Numbered from the stretch's first letter, positions 10,225-20,184 are shown. The stretch: 64,000 nucleotides of DNA from Candidatus Saccharimonadota bacterium (GCA_046350735.1 JAXLZU010000002.1:16219-80218); one strand, 5' to 3'. The notes: generated by a model from the letters alone, not told the origin. Translations and numbers: made by a program.

Positions 10225-10809
10225 TTATTTGGCTAAGGTCTGTAAGATGGCAGGAATCTGCGAAAAATCTTCTAACAATATTTTACGCATACCGCCGTTA
10301 TATAGTGCAGCAGCAGGATGATAAAGTGGTAAAAAAACTTTGCCCTGACGACGAAACACTTTACCGTGAGCCTCAGAAATCTTCAGCTCTGGAAAAAATA
10401 CATTCATACTGTGTCGACCCAAAAATACAATTAGCTTAGGCTGAATAATCTTAATTTGCGCTAATAGGTACGGTAGACAAGCTTTTATTTCTTCTTCGTT
10501 AGGATCGCGATTATTTGGCGGGCGAAACTTTACAATGTTCGTAATAAAAACGTCATCGCGCCGCAAATTAATTGATTGCAGCATCTCTTCTAAGAATTTG
10601 CCGCTTGCACCAACGAAGGGCTCGCCCTTCTCATCTTCTTGTTTTCCAGGTGCTTCGCCAATAAAAAGTATTTCGGCGTCTGGGTTTCCTTCTCCTGGAA
10701 CAGGATTGAGACAACTTTTAGCGATTTCAAGACTCAGCTCTCGCCCTATTACGGCTGCTGCAATTTCGTCTAGCTTGGCTTGTTTTTCTTCAGTTGTCAC
10801 AATATTCAC
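10225..10809 (-). CDS. uracil-DNA glycosylase, family 4
   Basis: Motif GEAPGKQEDEKGEPFVGASGKFL and the C-terminal HPAAALY signature typical of family-4 UDG. Confidence 0.85.
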   Translation of the reverse strand: MNIVTTEEKQAKLDEIAAAVIGRELSLEIAKSCLNPVPGEGNPDAEILFIGEAPGKQEDEKGEPFVGASGKFLEEMLQSINLRRDDVFITNIVKFRPPNNRDPNEEEIKACLPYLLAQIKIIQPKLIVFLGRHSMNVFFPELKISEAHGKVFRRQGKVFLPLYHPAAALYNGGMRKILLEDFSQIPAILQTLAK

Positions 10810-10853
10810 CCCAGTGACACCGACCTAGTACCTGGTCGATGCGGCTCGAGTGA

Positions 10854-12998
10854 CTATTTAGGCTGGTCAATACCCTTCATAGTAAGATTAAGGCGACCAC
10901 GATCGTCTATCTCAGTAAGTTTTACGTTTACCGTCTCACCCTCACTTAGCTCATCACTAATCTTTTCGACTCGTTCGGTCTTAATCTGACTAATATGCAC
11001 CATACCTTCTTTACCAGGCATAATCTCCACAAATGCACCAAAATCCATCAGTTTTACTACCTTACCAGTGTAGGTCTTGCCTACTTCTGGTTCGGCAACA
11101 ATGGTTTCTACCCATTGCTTAGCCGCTTCGGCCTTAGCCTCATCATCAGAGTAGATCATTATAAGGCCGTTGTCTTCAATATCCATTTCTACACAAGTTT
11201 CGGCGGTAATTTTCTGAATAGTTTCGCCGCCCTTACCAATTACCTCGCGAATCTTTTCGGGATCGATTGTAAGCTTAGTAATACGTGGAGCGTACGGACT
11301 AACCTCGGCGCGGGGCTTCTCGATAGTCTTGGCCATCTCACCCATAATGTGCATTCTACCCTCTTTGGCTTGCGCCAAAGCTTCAGACATAATGCTAGCC
11401 GAGATGCCTTTTACTTTAATATCCATCTGCAGTGCAGTAATACCATCTTTAGAACCAGCTACTTTAAAATCCATATCGCCAGCAAAATCTTCGGCATCTT
11501 GTATATCAGAGAGAATAACATACTTCTTAGGGTTGGCATGGTCTATCATAAGACCCATTGCAATACCGGCTACAGGAGCCTTAATTGGCACACCTGCATC
11601 CATGAGACTAAGTGTAGAACCACATACACTTGCCATAGAGGTAGAACCTGCCGAAGAAAGGAGCTCGGATACAACACGAATAGTGTATGGAAACTCTTCT
11701 AACTCAGGCAGAACTGGTACCAATGCTTTTTCGGCTAAATAGCCATGCCCAATTTCGCGTCTACCTGTTGAGCGAACTGGACGTGCCTCACCAGTAGAAA
11801 ATGGCGGAAAATTATAATGGTGCATATAACGCTTTTCGGTATCTTCTTCCATGGTATCTACCAACTGAGCATCACTGGTTGGACCAAGTGTAGTAATAGT
11901 TAGGGCTTGGGTTGTACCACGGGTAAACACCGCACTACCATGTGTACGTGGTAACAGTCCTACTTGGGTGCTTATTGGACGAATTTCGGTAGTCTTGCGA
12001 TTATCTGGACGATGCCCTTCTTCTAAGATAGCGCGTCGTACTTCTTTATCTATTACCTTTTCGAAAGCATTGGCAACATCTGGATGGCTATAACGCACCC
12101 TATCGTCGGCTTCAACTTCGTCAGAAAGCAAGCCAAACTCGGCCATCACTTCGCTTTTAAGTTGCTCAATAGCTTCGTGTCGTTCTTGCTTGTTGGCTGA
12201 ACGAATATTTTCGCCGAGTTTAGGGCTAACAAACTCCGCTACTTTATCAACCACTTCTTCTGCAGGAGTAAAGAGCTCGAACTCTCGTGGCTTTACAGCC
12301 ATCTGTTTTACCAACTCTTCTTGTAGCTTAATAACTGGCTGCCAACTCTTTACAGCTAGCTCTAAGGCTTCGACAATAGTTTTCTCAGCCACCTCGGCAG
12401 CTGCAGCTTCTACCATCATAATTGCATCTTTTGTACCCGCCACAGTTAGATTCAGTTTGCTTTCTATCTGTTCACTTACTGTTGGGTTAACTACTAGTTT
12501 GCCTCCTATTTCACCTATTCGAGCAGCTGCAACCGGACCATCGAATGGTGCACCAGTTAGCATTAGTGCGGTAGAAGCAGCGATTACCGAAATAATATCT
12601 GGTTCTTGCTCTAAATCGGCACTGAGTACTGTTATCATTACCTGTACATCATCCCTATATCCTTTAGGAAATAACGGACGAATCGGTCTATCTATAAGAC
12701 GGCTCACCAATACTGCCTGATCAGATGGCTTACCTTCTCGTTTCATAAATCGAGAACCAGAAATCTTACCGCTAGCATACATACGTTCTTCGTAATCTAC
12801 TAGCAGTGGAAAGAAATCTGTATCTGGGCGAGCATCTTGCACTACTGCTGTTGCCAAGACTACTGTATCACCATAACGTACAGTAACAGCACCATCGGCT
12901 CTAAAAGCCAAGTTGCCTGTTTCGAATTCGAGTTTCTTACCTGCAAATTCTGTTTCTAATTTGATTTGTTTACCACCAAAAGGATGGATTATCTTCAT
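10854..12998 (-). CDS. pnp: polynucleotide phosphorylase
   Basis: 714 aa with two RNase PH domains, a KH domain and a C-terminal S1 domain. Sits in the conserved truB-rpsO-pnp gene order. Confidence 0.96.
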   Translation of the reverse strand: MKIIHPFGGKQIKLETEFAGKKLEFETGNLAFRADGAVTVRYGDTVVLATAVVQDARPDTDFFPLLVDYEERMYASGKISGSRFMKREGKPSDQAVLVSRLIDRPIRPLFPKGYRDDVQVMITVLSADLEQEPDIISVIAASTALMLTGAPFDGPVAAARIGEIGGKLVVNPTVSEQIESKLNLTVAGTKDAIMMVEAAAAEVAEKTIVEALELAVKSWQPVIKLQEELVKQMAVKPREFELFTPAEEVVDKVAEFVSPKLGENIRSANKQERHEAIEQLKSEVMAEFGLLSDEVEADDRVRYSHPDVANAFEKVIDKEVRRAILEEGHRPDNRKTTEIRPISTQVGLLPRTHGSAVFTRGTTQALTITTLGPTSDAQLVDTMEEDTEKRYMHHYNFPPFSTGEARPVRSTGRREIGHGYLAEKALVPVLPELEEFPYTIRVVSELLSSAGSTSMASVCGSTLSLMDAGVPIKAPVAGIAMGLMIDHANPKKYVILSDIQDAEDFAGDMDFKVAGSKDGITALQMDIKVKGISASIMSEALAQAKEGRMHIMGEMAKTIEKPRAEVSPYAPRITKLTIDPEKIREVIGKGGETIQKITAETCVEMDIEDNGLIMIYSDDEAKAEAAKQWVETIVAEPEVGKTYTGKVVKLMDFGAFVEIMPGKEGMVHISQIKTERVEKISDELSEGETVNVKLTEIDDRGRLNLTMKGIDQPK

Positions 12999-13004
12999 AG
13001 TATT

Positions 13005-13025
13005 GTACTAGTCCTTTCTTTTTGA
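13005..13025. promoter_or_regulatory. perfect palindrome/hairpin in rpsO-pnp intergenic leader
   Basis: tttctttttgaaaaagaaa lies between the rpsO stop and the pnp start with no adjacent T-run. The position is analogous to the RNase III-processed pnp leader hairpin of other bacteria. Confidence 0.3.
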
Positions 13026-13146
13026 AAAAGAAAGCTCAAATGATCGTTGTTAGTTAAGAGGGCCACGAGATCGAACACAAAATGTGATCGCGCAACTCTA
13101 TCACCAACTATCGAGCTAACTTTTTATTCAATTGTTAAAACATACA

Positions 13147-13413
13147 CTAGCGGCGAAGCTTGAGTTTCTTTACTAAAGCTTCATACCCTTTAGGGTCTTT
13201 TTTGGCTAAGTAATCGAGTAAACGACGACGTTTACTTACCATTGCCAAAAGACCACGACGAGAATGATTGTCTTTCTTGTGTTCTTTTAAATGAGCAGTA
13301 AGCTCATTTATTTTCGCTGTAAAAAGCGCTATTTGTACCTCGGTAGATCCTGTGTCTTTTTTATGAGTCGAAGACCCTGAGATAACTTTTTGCTTGGTTT
13401 CTTTGGTTAGCAT
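13147..13413 (-). CDS. rpsO: 30S ribosomal protein S15
   Basis: 88 aa with the S15 signature ([35 protein letters not shown]). Confidence 0.95.
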   Translation of the reverse strand: MLTKETKQKVISGSSTHKKDTGSTEVQIALFTAKINELTAHLKEHKKDNHSRRGLLAMVSKRRRLLDYLAKKDPKGYEALVKKLKLRR

Positions 13414-13445
13414 ATGTTGAGACCAGTATAGCAGATAGCGCCATA

Positions 13446-14141
13446 TTATTCAAGTGTTATGGCGTTACTCAAGCTGTATTTACCAATTTGAATGCGTTTT
13501 ATATCTGTACAGTAGGCCCCAGTACCCAATGTAGAACCAATATCTTCCGCGAGTGAACGGATATATGTACCAGAGCTAACATCTGCAACTAAGCTCAGAT
13601 TAGGATATTTATACGAAAGTATCTCAAGTCGGGAAATTGTCACTTTTCTTTGTTTAAGAGCAACTTCTTTTCCTTCCCTGGCTAGTTTATAGGCTCTCTG
13701 GCCATCTACTTTGATTGCACTATATTGTGGAGGGATCTGACTAATCTGTCCCGTAAAGCCCTTTAAACTAGTTTCTATGGCCGCTTTAGCAGGCTTTTTT
13801 GTTGAGATTTGGGTCTTCTCACCCTCTTCGTCACCTGTGCTAGAGGTTACGCCAAGTTTTACACTAAATTCATACGTTTTGGGAAGTTTTAAGAACGCAT
13901 CAGATTTTTTGGTATATTCTTTCCCTACTAGGACAATAAGTAAACCTTCTGCCTCGGGGTCGAGCGTACCGGCATGACCGACTTTTTTAATGCCACTGAG
14001 CCGACGCACTTGAGCTACGATACTAAAAGAGCTCCTCCCACGCGGTTTGTTGATTAAATATATACCTTCTTTGATTGGTTCCATAACAACTCTCAAACTC
14101 ATTATCGCATAATAAACTTGAGAGCTGGGCCGATCAATCAA
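13446..14141 (-). CDS. truB: tRNA pseudouridine(55) synthase TruB
   Basis: Catalytic motif GHAGTLDP and a C-terminal PUA-like region. Adjacent to rpsO. Confidence 0.92.
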   Translation of the reverse strand: MIDRPSSQVYYAIMSLRVVMEPIKEGIYLINKPRGRSSFSIVAQVRRLSGIKKVGHAGTLDPEAEGLLIVLVGKEYTKKSDAFLKLPKTYEFSVKLGVTSSTGDEEGEKTQISTKKPAKAAIETSLKGFTGQISQIPPQYSAIKVDGQRAYKLAREGKEVALKQRKVTISRLEILSYKYPNLSLVADVSSGTYIRSLAEDIGSTLGTGAYCTDIKRIQIGKYSLSNAITLE

Positions 14142-14216
14142 AATCGGCCCTTTGTGCTCATTGCAATCTGAAAGCCTTACTGGGCTTCAGTTAAAATCGT
14201 CATCCGAAGTTGAGAC

Positions 14217-14840
14217 TCATGAGCTGGGAGGTGTGGTGCTTCCGGCAAAGCCAGTACCAGGATGAGGCTCTTGACGTGGAGAAGCATTAATTTGATCAAT
14301 CGTCAAACCCTGTCCGTAACGCGTTAACCTATCGGCACCTGCTTCGCCTGCCTGTTCACCGCGCGTACGCGCATCGGTTAGAACAGATTCTCCTTCGCGG
14401 TCGAGCAGCATAATCAAACGATTCAAGATGGTTCGCGCAAACAGAATGTCTTCATCTTCTTTAAAACCACTCACACCGACGATGATGCCATAGTGTGTGT
14501 CAATGACCGCACCACCCCAGGGAAAAGCACGATGGATTCGCGCTACCAGTCCTGGGTACAAACGAACAGCATCAAGACTATCCAAGCCAGTAGCGAGACA
14601 GATAAGATTCTTACCTTTGGCGTTCTCACGATACCACAGAGTGTCGCGGGGCATACCTGAAACAGATTCTCCAGCGTTAATAACCGTAGCTCCATTGAAA
14701 TCACTACCAGGTTTCTGGGCCACAAGAATCTCAACCCCATAACTGTTTTCTTTCACCAAACGTGTATTCTTCCAGGCGCTAGCCGTTACAGAGATAAATC
14801 GCTGAAGCTCCGAAGAATTTTCTATTGAGATTCGAGTCAT
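14217..14840 (-). CDS. GC-rich orphan gene; possible GlcG/HbpS-like (DUF336) heme-binding-fold protein
   Basis: Locally ~52-55% GC. A likely start is the ATG at 14840 with an aagga RBS; the longer ORF reaching 15011 is probably an artefact. The C-terminal segment GGAVIDTHYGIIVGVSGFKEDEDILFARTIL resembles the DUF336 GGxPI...GAIGVSG...D motif. Confidence 0.4.
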   Translation of the reverse strand: MTRISIENSSELQRFISVTASAWKNTRLVKENSYGVEILVAQKPGSDFNGATVINAGESVSGMPRDTLWYRENAKGKNLICLATGLDSLDAVRLYPGLVARIHRAFPWGGAVIDTHYGIIVGVSGFKEDEDILFARTILNRLIMLLDREGESVLTDARTRGEQAGEAGADRLTRYGQGLTIDQINASPRQEPHPGTGFAGSTTPPSS

Positions 14841-15007
14841 ATTGGTCGTCCTTTTTGTAGCAGATATCACGAGACCTTCGTGACCTGGGTATTGCAAAGA
14901 GCAGCTGATTGTATCAGCCCCCGAAACTCGAAGTTTTTTTCGAAACTCAGGGGCTGTCCCGATCCGCCGGTAACGGATCGGGAAATAGTACATGCAAGCC
15001 ATAGAAA

Positions 15008-15250
15008 TCACCCGCGAATACTACGAGACCTGTCGACAATTGAGCAACTAGACTGCATGTGAGCCTGTCGCAACATGTCGGGGCTGGTGTCATAACGAGA
15101 GTCGTAACGACTGCCATAACTAAAGTAATTGTTGAAACCGTCAGGGGTAGCAAACAATGTCTGCTCGCGCTGACCCCGACGGCGCATAAGCAAAATGGTA
15201 GAAACAGTGGCGAGAAGAAGCAGGACAAGAATGCGAGGCTTGCTCAGCAT
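15008..15250 (-). CDS. small membrane-anchored protein (hypothetical)
   Basis: 80 aa starting MLSKPRILVLLLLATVSTILL with an N-terminal TM/signal anchor. The ATG at 15250 has a GA-rich RBS. GC is moderately high. Confidence 0.35.
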   Translation of the reverse strand: MLSKPRILVLLLLATVSTILLMRRRGQREQTLFATPDGFNNYFSYGSRYDSRYDTSPDMLRQAHMQSSCSIVDRSRSIRG

Positions 15251-15400
15251 TACTTCCCTTTCTTTTTTTAGCCCAGATGAGCTAATCAATCGATTTGATT
15301 GATAGATGGTATTATAATTTAAATATTGAAAAAAGTCAATATTTTTACGTATTGCTTAGTAGTTGCCCACCGACAATTCGGCCTTTAAATAAACCAGTAC

Positions 15401-16432
15401 TTACTTCTGCTTCTGGCTGGGATTTTTGAACTTTTTTGGCTCTTTGGTTCCCTCACCTTCTTCACTCTCAACAACTTCTTCGTCTTTTATAACCTCGCCA
15501 GTTTTAGCGTCTTTAACGCCCTCTGCTGTAAGTTCTACACCTTGTTTGGCTAATTTATCAGCTATAGTTTCAGCTTTTTCTTTGGTTTTTGGTCTTGACT
15601 CAATCTTAGGCGGATTCATAATAGAAAAACTTGATTCGGCTTTAGGTGTTCGACGTTCAGCGTTTGAGCTGGCATTTTGTGTAAACAAGGTATTCACAAT
15701 ATCTTGTTGTTTCGCACCTGCACTCATCATTTGTGCAGAAATAGTTAAACTCTTGGCGGTAGTGTTAGTACCAGTAAAGCCTTTGGTGGCAGCCATGATA
15801 CCCGTAAGAATAGCAGTAGCCACATGATAATCAATCATACCCTGCGCAACAGACTCTATAACCCCTACTAACATCTCACTTACTGAGCTGGCTTGCGGCT
15901 CCACATAATTAACTGACCCATAATTTTCGTTACTACTATGGCAGTCGATATTTATAAGATGCAAACCATCAAAAATAGTAGGATTTTCTTCTAATATCTT
16001 ATCTATTCGACTAATTTGGCTTGCACCTAACACTATTACGAGATCGAATTTATATGCACCGTAGTCAAATGTGGCGTCTTTGGCAGTAAAATTACCAGCA
16101 AATGGTGAGATAACTACCTCAAGATTGTCTTCGTTGGTCTCGTAACGAAGCTTGTCCACTTCGACATTCTTGGTATCTAAGCGAATAATAAAATCACGAA
16201 TACCAGTAAGGTCTCGAGAAATACCCTTGGTATCGAGTATCTGTCGGGCCTTTGGCATGTCGCCTGTAATAATTGCGCTCACCTGCTTACCTGCACGTTG
16301 CAAGATAAGATCTAGTGCAACCATAGCCGAAAGCTGGTCGTTGTTAGGTTCGCGACCAGTAACGAGCAAGATATGGTTGGCTTGCTTAATTAGCTCTACA
16401 GCCTGTTGTTTGGGGGTTAATTCTTGTTGCAT
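15401..16432 (-). CDS. DHH-family phosphoesterase-like protein with degenerate catalytic motifs and K/E-rich C-terminal tail
   Basis: Overall NrnA-like DHH/DHHA1 architecture, but motif III reads DCH (INIDCHSS) and motif I lacks the His. The C-terminal ~80 aa are disordered and Lys/Glu-rich. Confidence 0.5.
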   Translation of the reverse strand: MQQELTPKQQAVELIKQANHILLVTGREPNNDQLSAMVALDLILQRAGKQVSAIITGDMPKARQILDTKGISRDLTGIRDFIIRLDTKNVEVDKLRYETNEDNLEVVISPFAGNFTAKDATFDYGAYKFDLVIVLGASQISRIDKILEENPTIFDGLHLINIDCHSSNENYGSVNYVEPQASSVSEMLVGVIESVAQGMIDYHVATAILTGIMAATKGFTGTNTTAKSLTISAQMMSAGAKQQDIVNTLFTQNASSNAERRTPKAESSFSIMNPPKIESRPKTKEKAETIADKLAKQGVELTAEGVKDAKTGEVIKDEEVVESEEGEGTKEPKKFKNPSQKQK

Positions 16433-16589
16433 AATTGATATATTTTATATTCAATTGGTAATTATAGCAAACATAAGCATATTTGTCAATACTTTTATAG
16501 ATAAGAAGCTGCTATTGTAAGCACAATAACTCACGGTTTTACTAATATAAAAGAAAAAGCTACCTTATTTACTAAGGTAGCCAAAAACA

Positions 16590-17066
16590 TTACCAACCAG
16601 GAACATATATCTGAGAAAAGCCTTCGTAAAGGCGCGGTGGATTAGCTTCGAGCTGACGATGCATGCGCTCTAATGCATGCTCTGGAATTTGTCTGTCTCG
16701 ATCAGTATTTCGCTTCTTACACACATTTAGAGGTGTCTTTAGCCAAATACCCTTAATAAAGCCATCATTACCCATGATGCTTCGAAGATGATCAAGCAGA
16801 CCCATTCTATCGAGTTGCTTAGCATTGGTTGCATCAAAAATTAGAACTTTGCCCGACCTAAGGGCTTCTTCTGCTCGCCTATAAGCAATCCGCCAAACTT
16901 CAGAATTACGGGTCTGGTCTGCAGCGTCACCCGTTAATTCGATACGAATATCATCTGGACACACAACTTGCTGATTAGGAACAATCTTTAGTACTTCTCG
17001 AATATATGTAGTTTTACCAGAACAAGGAGGGCCAATCATTACGTAAGCACGCATTATCTCGCCCAT
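16590..17066 (-). CDS. P-loop kinase of the polynucleotide-kinase (PNK/AAA_33-like) family
   Basis: Walker A GPPCSGKTT and a DxTN motif (IFDATN), which is characteristic of the T4-Pnk/PNKP-type kinase fold. 158 aa. Confidence 0.65.
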   Translation of the reverse strand: MGEIMRAYVMIGPPCSGKTTYIREVLKIVPNQQVVCPDDIRIELTGDAADQTRNSEVWRIAYRRAEEALRSGKVLIFDATNAKQLDRMGLLDHLRSIMGNDGFIKGIWLKTPLNVCKKRNTDRDRQIPEHALERMHRQLEANPPRLYEGFSQIYVPGW

Positions 17067-17124
17067 CTGCTACTCCCTACTGTAGAGGTGCGAACGGATT
17101 ACAATACTACCAGAAAATTACCAA

Positions 17125-17157
17125 AAAGAAAAACCCCCTCACCACAAAGGTGAGGGG
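17125..17157 (-). terminator. rho-independent terminator (minus strand)
   Basis: Hairpin ccccctcacc/ggtgagggg (17134-17157) followed on the minus strand by TTTTTCTTT. It sits directly after the stop of the 17164-17754 gene. Confidence 0.6.
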
Positions 17158-17163
17158 TAAAAA

Positions 17164-17754
17164 TTAATCCCAATACACAAATGGGTCGCGGTGCTGGGGA
17201 TAATGCTCATCGAGCCAGGCTACGGCTTCCTGTACAGCAGAGCGATGAGCACGGTACCGGACTTTCTTTGCAGACATGTCAGTTCCATGCCCTTCGGCTG
17301 GTATCTCGGCAGAACAAAGAAAGATAGCTTCACCGGTGGCCAGCAGTGCACTGCCGCCATCAGCCACTTCTCTCACAAATTCACGCAGACCATGATCCTC
17401 CAAAATCTCAGAAGGATCCCAATCTCGGACATTGTATCGACAGGTAAGGTACAGAGAAGCCTTGCGGTCGTATGCAGAGCCTTTGTAGAAGATCCTTGCA
17501 CGCTCACGATTGAGCTCATCCACAAGAGCGCTTACACGCGGCTCGAAACTCGGTACCACTTGCCAGCCTGGCGGCAAGATAACATTGAAAAACAGCTCAT
17601 CTTCGCAATCATTCAACACCACGCCACCCGCTACCAGTAACTCTTGGGCGCCAAAAGGCTCCATGGCACGCGGTAGTCTCTGGGTGACGGTCAGCTGAGT
17701 CTGTGCCACCCTCTCAGGATGTAGCACAAAGACATCTTCTGCATCAAAACCCAT
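17164..17754 (-). CDS. GC-rich orphan gene, hypothetical protein
   Basis: ~52% GC. The best start is the ATG at 17754 (MGFDAEDVF...) with a GGAGGAG RBS; the longer track ORF begins at a TTG. No recognisable motif. Flanked by its own terminator and a 228-nt leader containing a strong hairpin. Confidence 0.6.
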   Translation of the reverse strand: MGFDAEDVFVLHPERVAQTQLTVTQRLPRAMEPFGAQELLVAGGVVLNDCEDELFFNVILPPGWQVVPSFEPRVSALVDELNRERARIFYKGSAYDRKASLYLTCRYNVRDWDPSEILEDHGLREFVREVADGGSALLATGEAIFLCSAEIPAEGHGTDMSAKKVRYRAHRSAVQEAVAWLDEHYPQHRDPFVYWD

Positions 17755-18001
17755 TTTACTACCCTCCTCCAAAAGGTGCTTTTACGGGACTTTCCCGACC
17801 AGAACGCTCATAGGTGAAAGCTCTGGTCGATTCACCAGCCCAGGTTTACCCTGGGCTGGTGATGCAAGTAAGCTTCTACATGGGTTATTGAAGCTCTAAT
17901 TCCGCACGCGTACGGCGCAAACCCCTGCCTAGTTCGTCTTTTAAGGTGGTTATCGTTGTTTTTGGCTCATTGTTAGAACCTCAACCCATAGATAACCCGT
18001 G

Positions 18002-18076
18002 TGCACCGTGCGAGATTTGAACTCGCGTTACAAGGTTGAAAACCTCGCGTCCTAGACCAGGCTGAACGAACGGTGC
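18002..18076 (-). tRNA. tRNA-Glu (anticodon TTC)
   Basis: I folded it by hand: a 7-bp acceptor stem GCACCGT/ACGGTGC, D-arm, anticodon stem CGAGG/CCTTG with loop TTTTCAA, and T-arm GCGAG-TTCAAAT-CTCGC. CCA is not encoded. Confidence 0.88.
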
Positions 18077-18095
18077 GAGATAGCAAATCTCGTTG

Positions 18096-18167
18096 TACGC
18101 CCCGTGGGATTCGAACCCACAACCTGCGGATTAAAAGTCCGTTGCTCTGCCGTTGAGCTAGAGGCGC
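18096..18167 (-). tRNA. tRNA-Lys (anticodon TTT)
   Basis: I folded it by hand: D-arm TAGCTCAACGGCAGAGCA, anticodon loop CTTTTAA, and T-arm GTGGG-TTCGAAT-CCCAC. The acceptor stem has two G-U pairs. CCA is not encoded. Confidence 0.85.
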
Positions 18168-18303
18168 GTGCCTGATGACTCAGGCTACAAACCAAAACGA
18201 TACTGTTTTGGTTTGCGAAGGAGTGTTGCGGTATAGGCAGTTAGCCCACTCTGCAAATCAGCAGATAAGCAGAGTGGGCTTTAAGCCACAACCACAACAC
18301 GAG

Positions 18304-18679
18304 TGGAGCTGGGGGGAATCGAACCCCCGTCCATGAACCTTTCACTTTCATTCGCTACGACCATTCCCAAATTTCGGCTTTGTGGCCACCTTGGAGTTGG
18401 GTCTCCGCACCATCTAGTCTTTGCTAGAAGTCAGGCTGTCTTTGCAGCACGTCATCCGTCTTTCCGAATGTCAATCTCCACTTCTGTTGCCAGGCTGTGG
18501 TGATTTGGCCCCGTGCGGCATTGCTGCTCACGATGTCTCTCGACGTTACCCGATCAGGGATCAGGCGGCGGCGAGAGCGGGCGCCGGTGCGGCGTCTCTT
18601 TGGGTTCCCCGTTTAACGAGTCTGAGAAACTCGGGTCGCAAATGAAGCGTCAGTATCCATGTCGAAACCGATCAGCCCC
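18304..18679 (-). ncRNA. ssrA: tmRNA (SsrA)
   Basis: 5' end GGGGCTGATCGGTTTCGAC... and 3' tRNA-like end ...GGGGGTTCGATTCCCCCCAGCTCCA. An internal reading frame gives GCC GCA CCG GCG CCC GCT CTC GCC GCC GCC TGA, i.e. tag ...AAPAPALAAA*. Length 376 nt. Confidence 0.9.
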
Positions 18680-19986
18680 ATTAGTCGTCTTAGGCGGAAA
18701 AACGTAAGACGGCCAAGGAGACTGACTGGTTAAGGCTTATGGTTACTTTATTTATAGAAAAAATCCAAACCCTGTAGTTTGGAATAATTATGTACTCAAT
18801 GTGCATATGGAATGATATTAAATTATTCATCCCAACCACAGGCCTCAAATATAAGAACTCTGGTCGGGATCCATCAGGGAACCCGAAGGTTTCCTGATGG
18901 AAAACGGATGTGCCGCATCCGGATGGTCGTTATTAGACTTGGCACTTGGCGTGAACTTTTCCTGGCGAGCTGCAGCTCGGTTCACAAAGGCTTCCGTTTA
19001 AGCCTTCACCTTATATCCTACCGGTAATGCGAGTCCACGCTGTGGAGTTCGCCAGGGCCGCCTCTTAATAGAGGCCCATACTAGGTATGGCGACCAGGAT
19101 ATGGCATGAACGTTTTCGATTTCGAGTGGGGGGGTAGGAACATCATGCCTTGCACCCGTGTCCCACTCTATCTCTGCCTTACGGCTTCGAACATCCCACC
19201 ACACAGGCGGCGCTCAATCTTAACATTACTGCTAAGAGAGCTGCCTGCCCATGTGGCGGCGAGCCAACAGATCTTGTTTGAAGCGCCATAGGCCATCACA
19301 GCCACAGGCGTCCGGAGACAAAATCTGTTATCTAAGCCACACAAGCGTTCTCCAGACCATCGGATTGGGCTTTCTTTACCCTCTCCACCTTTTTGCAATT
19401 CCCCCACTTTCGTGGTAGTCCAATTAGGGCTAGGGTCGTCTTCGACGTCCCGGGCGTGGTCTTCTCTACACTCCTGATACAAACGTTTTTGTCCGCCTGT
19501 ATCGGGCACCATGTCGCAGGATGCCTCCCGCATTCTGGCGTGTTTGGCTGGCGATTTAGCTACAGCAAGCCGGCATGCATCGCTCCGATCGTGTCGGTCT
19601 GTCGCGCATGGCCTACAGTCCCCCTGCAGCAAGGTTTCTCATTTCGGTCGTACCTACTTTTGAAGAAACCTAACTTCGTACTTAAGGTGCTAGGCTTGCG
19701 CCCAAATGCCCTGCTTGCTAGCTAGCCACCAATGTGCTCTTTTTTATTTAAATATTTAGCACTGGTAATTTGCCAGAAGCAAAGCAAGGCAATTGGACAC
19801 AAGTTGTTAAGCTGTTTCGCTCTTTTAGAGCTCATCAGGATAAGTACTCACTTATCGACAGCTCCCCTGGCAATATAGCCAGGGGTTCTTGGGGGCTTGT
19901 TACAGCCCTAACGGCTCCAAGTGCCGTGAGAAATTCTGTTACCAGGCTTTCTCGTGAGCTTTCGCTCGCCCTGTAGCTGAAGCCGG

Positions 19987-20184
19987 CTACCCGGCCGCCA
20001 TCATCAGCTCCAGCTCGTCCTGGGTCATCTCGCTGTGTGCGAGCTGATCCACCCGGAACGGGTGGATGAAGGTGCTCTGGCGAGCCACCATGGTGCTGGT
20101 GGTGCTGGCGGTGGCGACGGGCTGGCGCAGCTTGCGCCGCCCAGCGCGATGGCGCGCTGACTTCTGCTTGGAAAGCTTTGACAT
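19987..20184 (-). CDS. very GC-rich (~65%) small basic protein, hypothetical
   Basis: 65 aa, MSKLSKQKSARHRAGRRKLRQPVATASTTSTMVARQSTFIHPFRVDQLAHSEMTQDELELMMAAG. The ATG at 20184 has a GGAGGA RBS 7 nt upstream. The long upstream extension in the ORF track is implausible because it is AT-rich and out of character. Confidence 0.45.
   Translation of the reverse strand: MSKLSKQKSARHRAGRRKLRQPVATASTTSTMVARQSTFIHPFRVDQLAHSEMTQDELELMMAAG

Noticed and set aside
10995-12720. Several plus-strand ORFs (10995-11702, 11329-11742, 12190-12720)
   Set aside because: They are antisense within pnp.
14841-15289. N-terminal extensions of the track ORFs 14217-15011 and 15008-15289
   Set aside because: Internal ATGs with proper RBSs (14840 and 15250) give more plausible genes. 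The extensions cover GC-rich hairpin-containing non-coding DNA.
17191-17640. 149-aa plus-strand ORF
   Set aside because: It is antisense to the GC-rich gene 17164-17754. High GC produces long spurious antisense frames.
17905-17940. Group II intron domain V-like string (cgcacgcgtacggcg)
   Set aside because: It is only a short palindrome. No reverse transcriptase ORF or other intron domains are nearby.
17775-17999. Possible RNase P RNA: GGGAAAGTCCCG on the minus strand resembles the P4 GGAAAGUCCGG motif
   Set aside because: No matching ACAGAA...GGCUUA partner and none of the other conserved regions are present. It is more likely the 5' leader of the 17164-17754 gene.
18303-18707. Three plus-strand ORFs (18303-18503, 18421-18645, 18513-18707)
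   Set aside because: They lie entirely inside, and antisense to, the tmRNA gene, and are artefacts of its GC-rich structured sequence.
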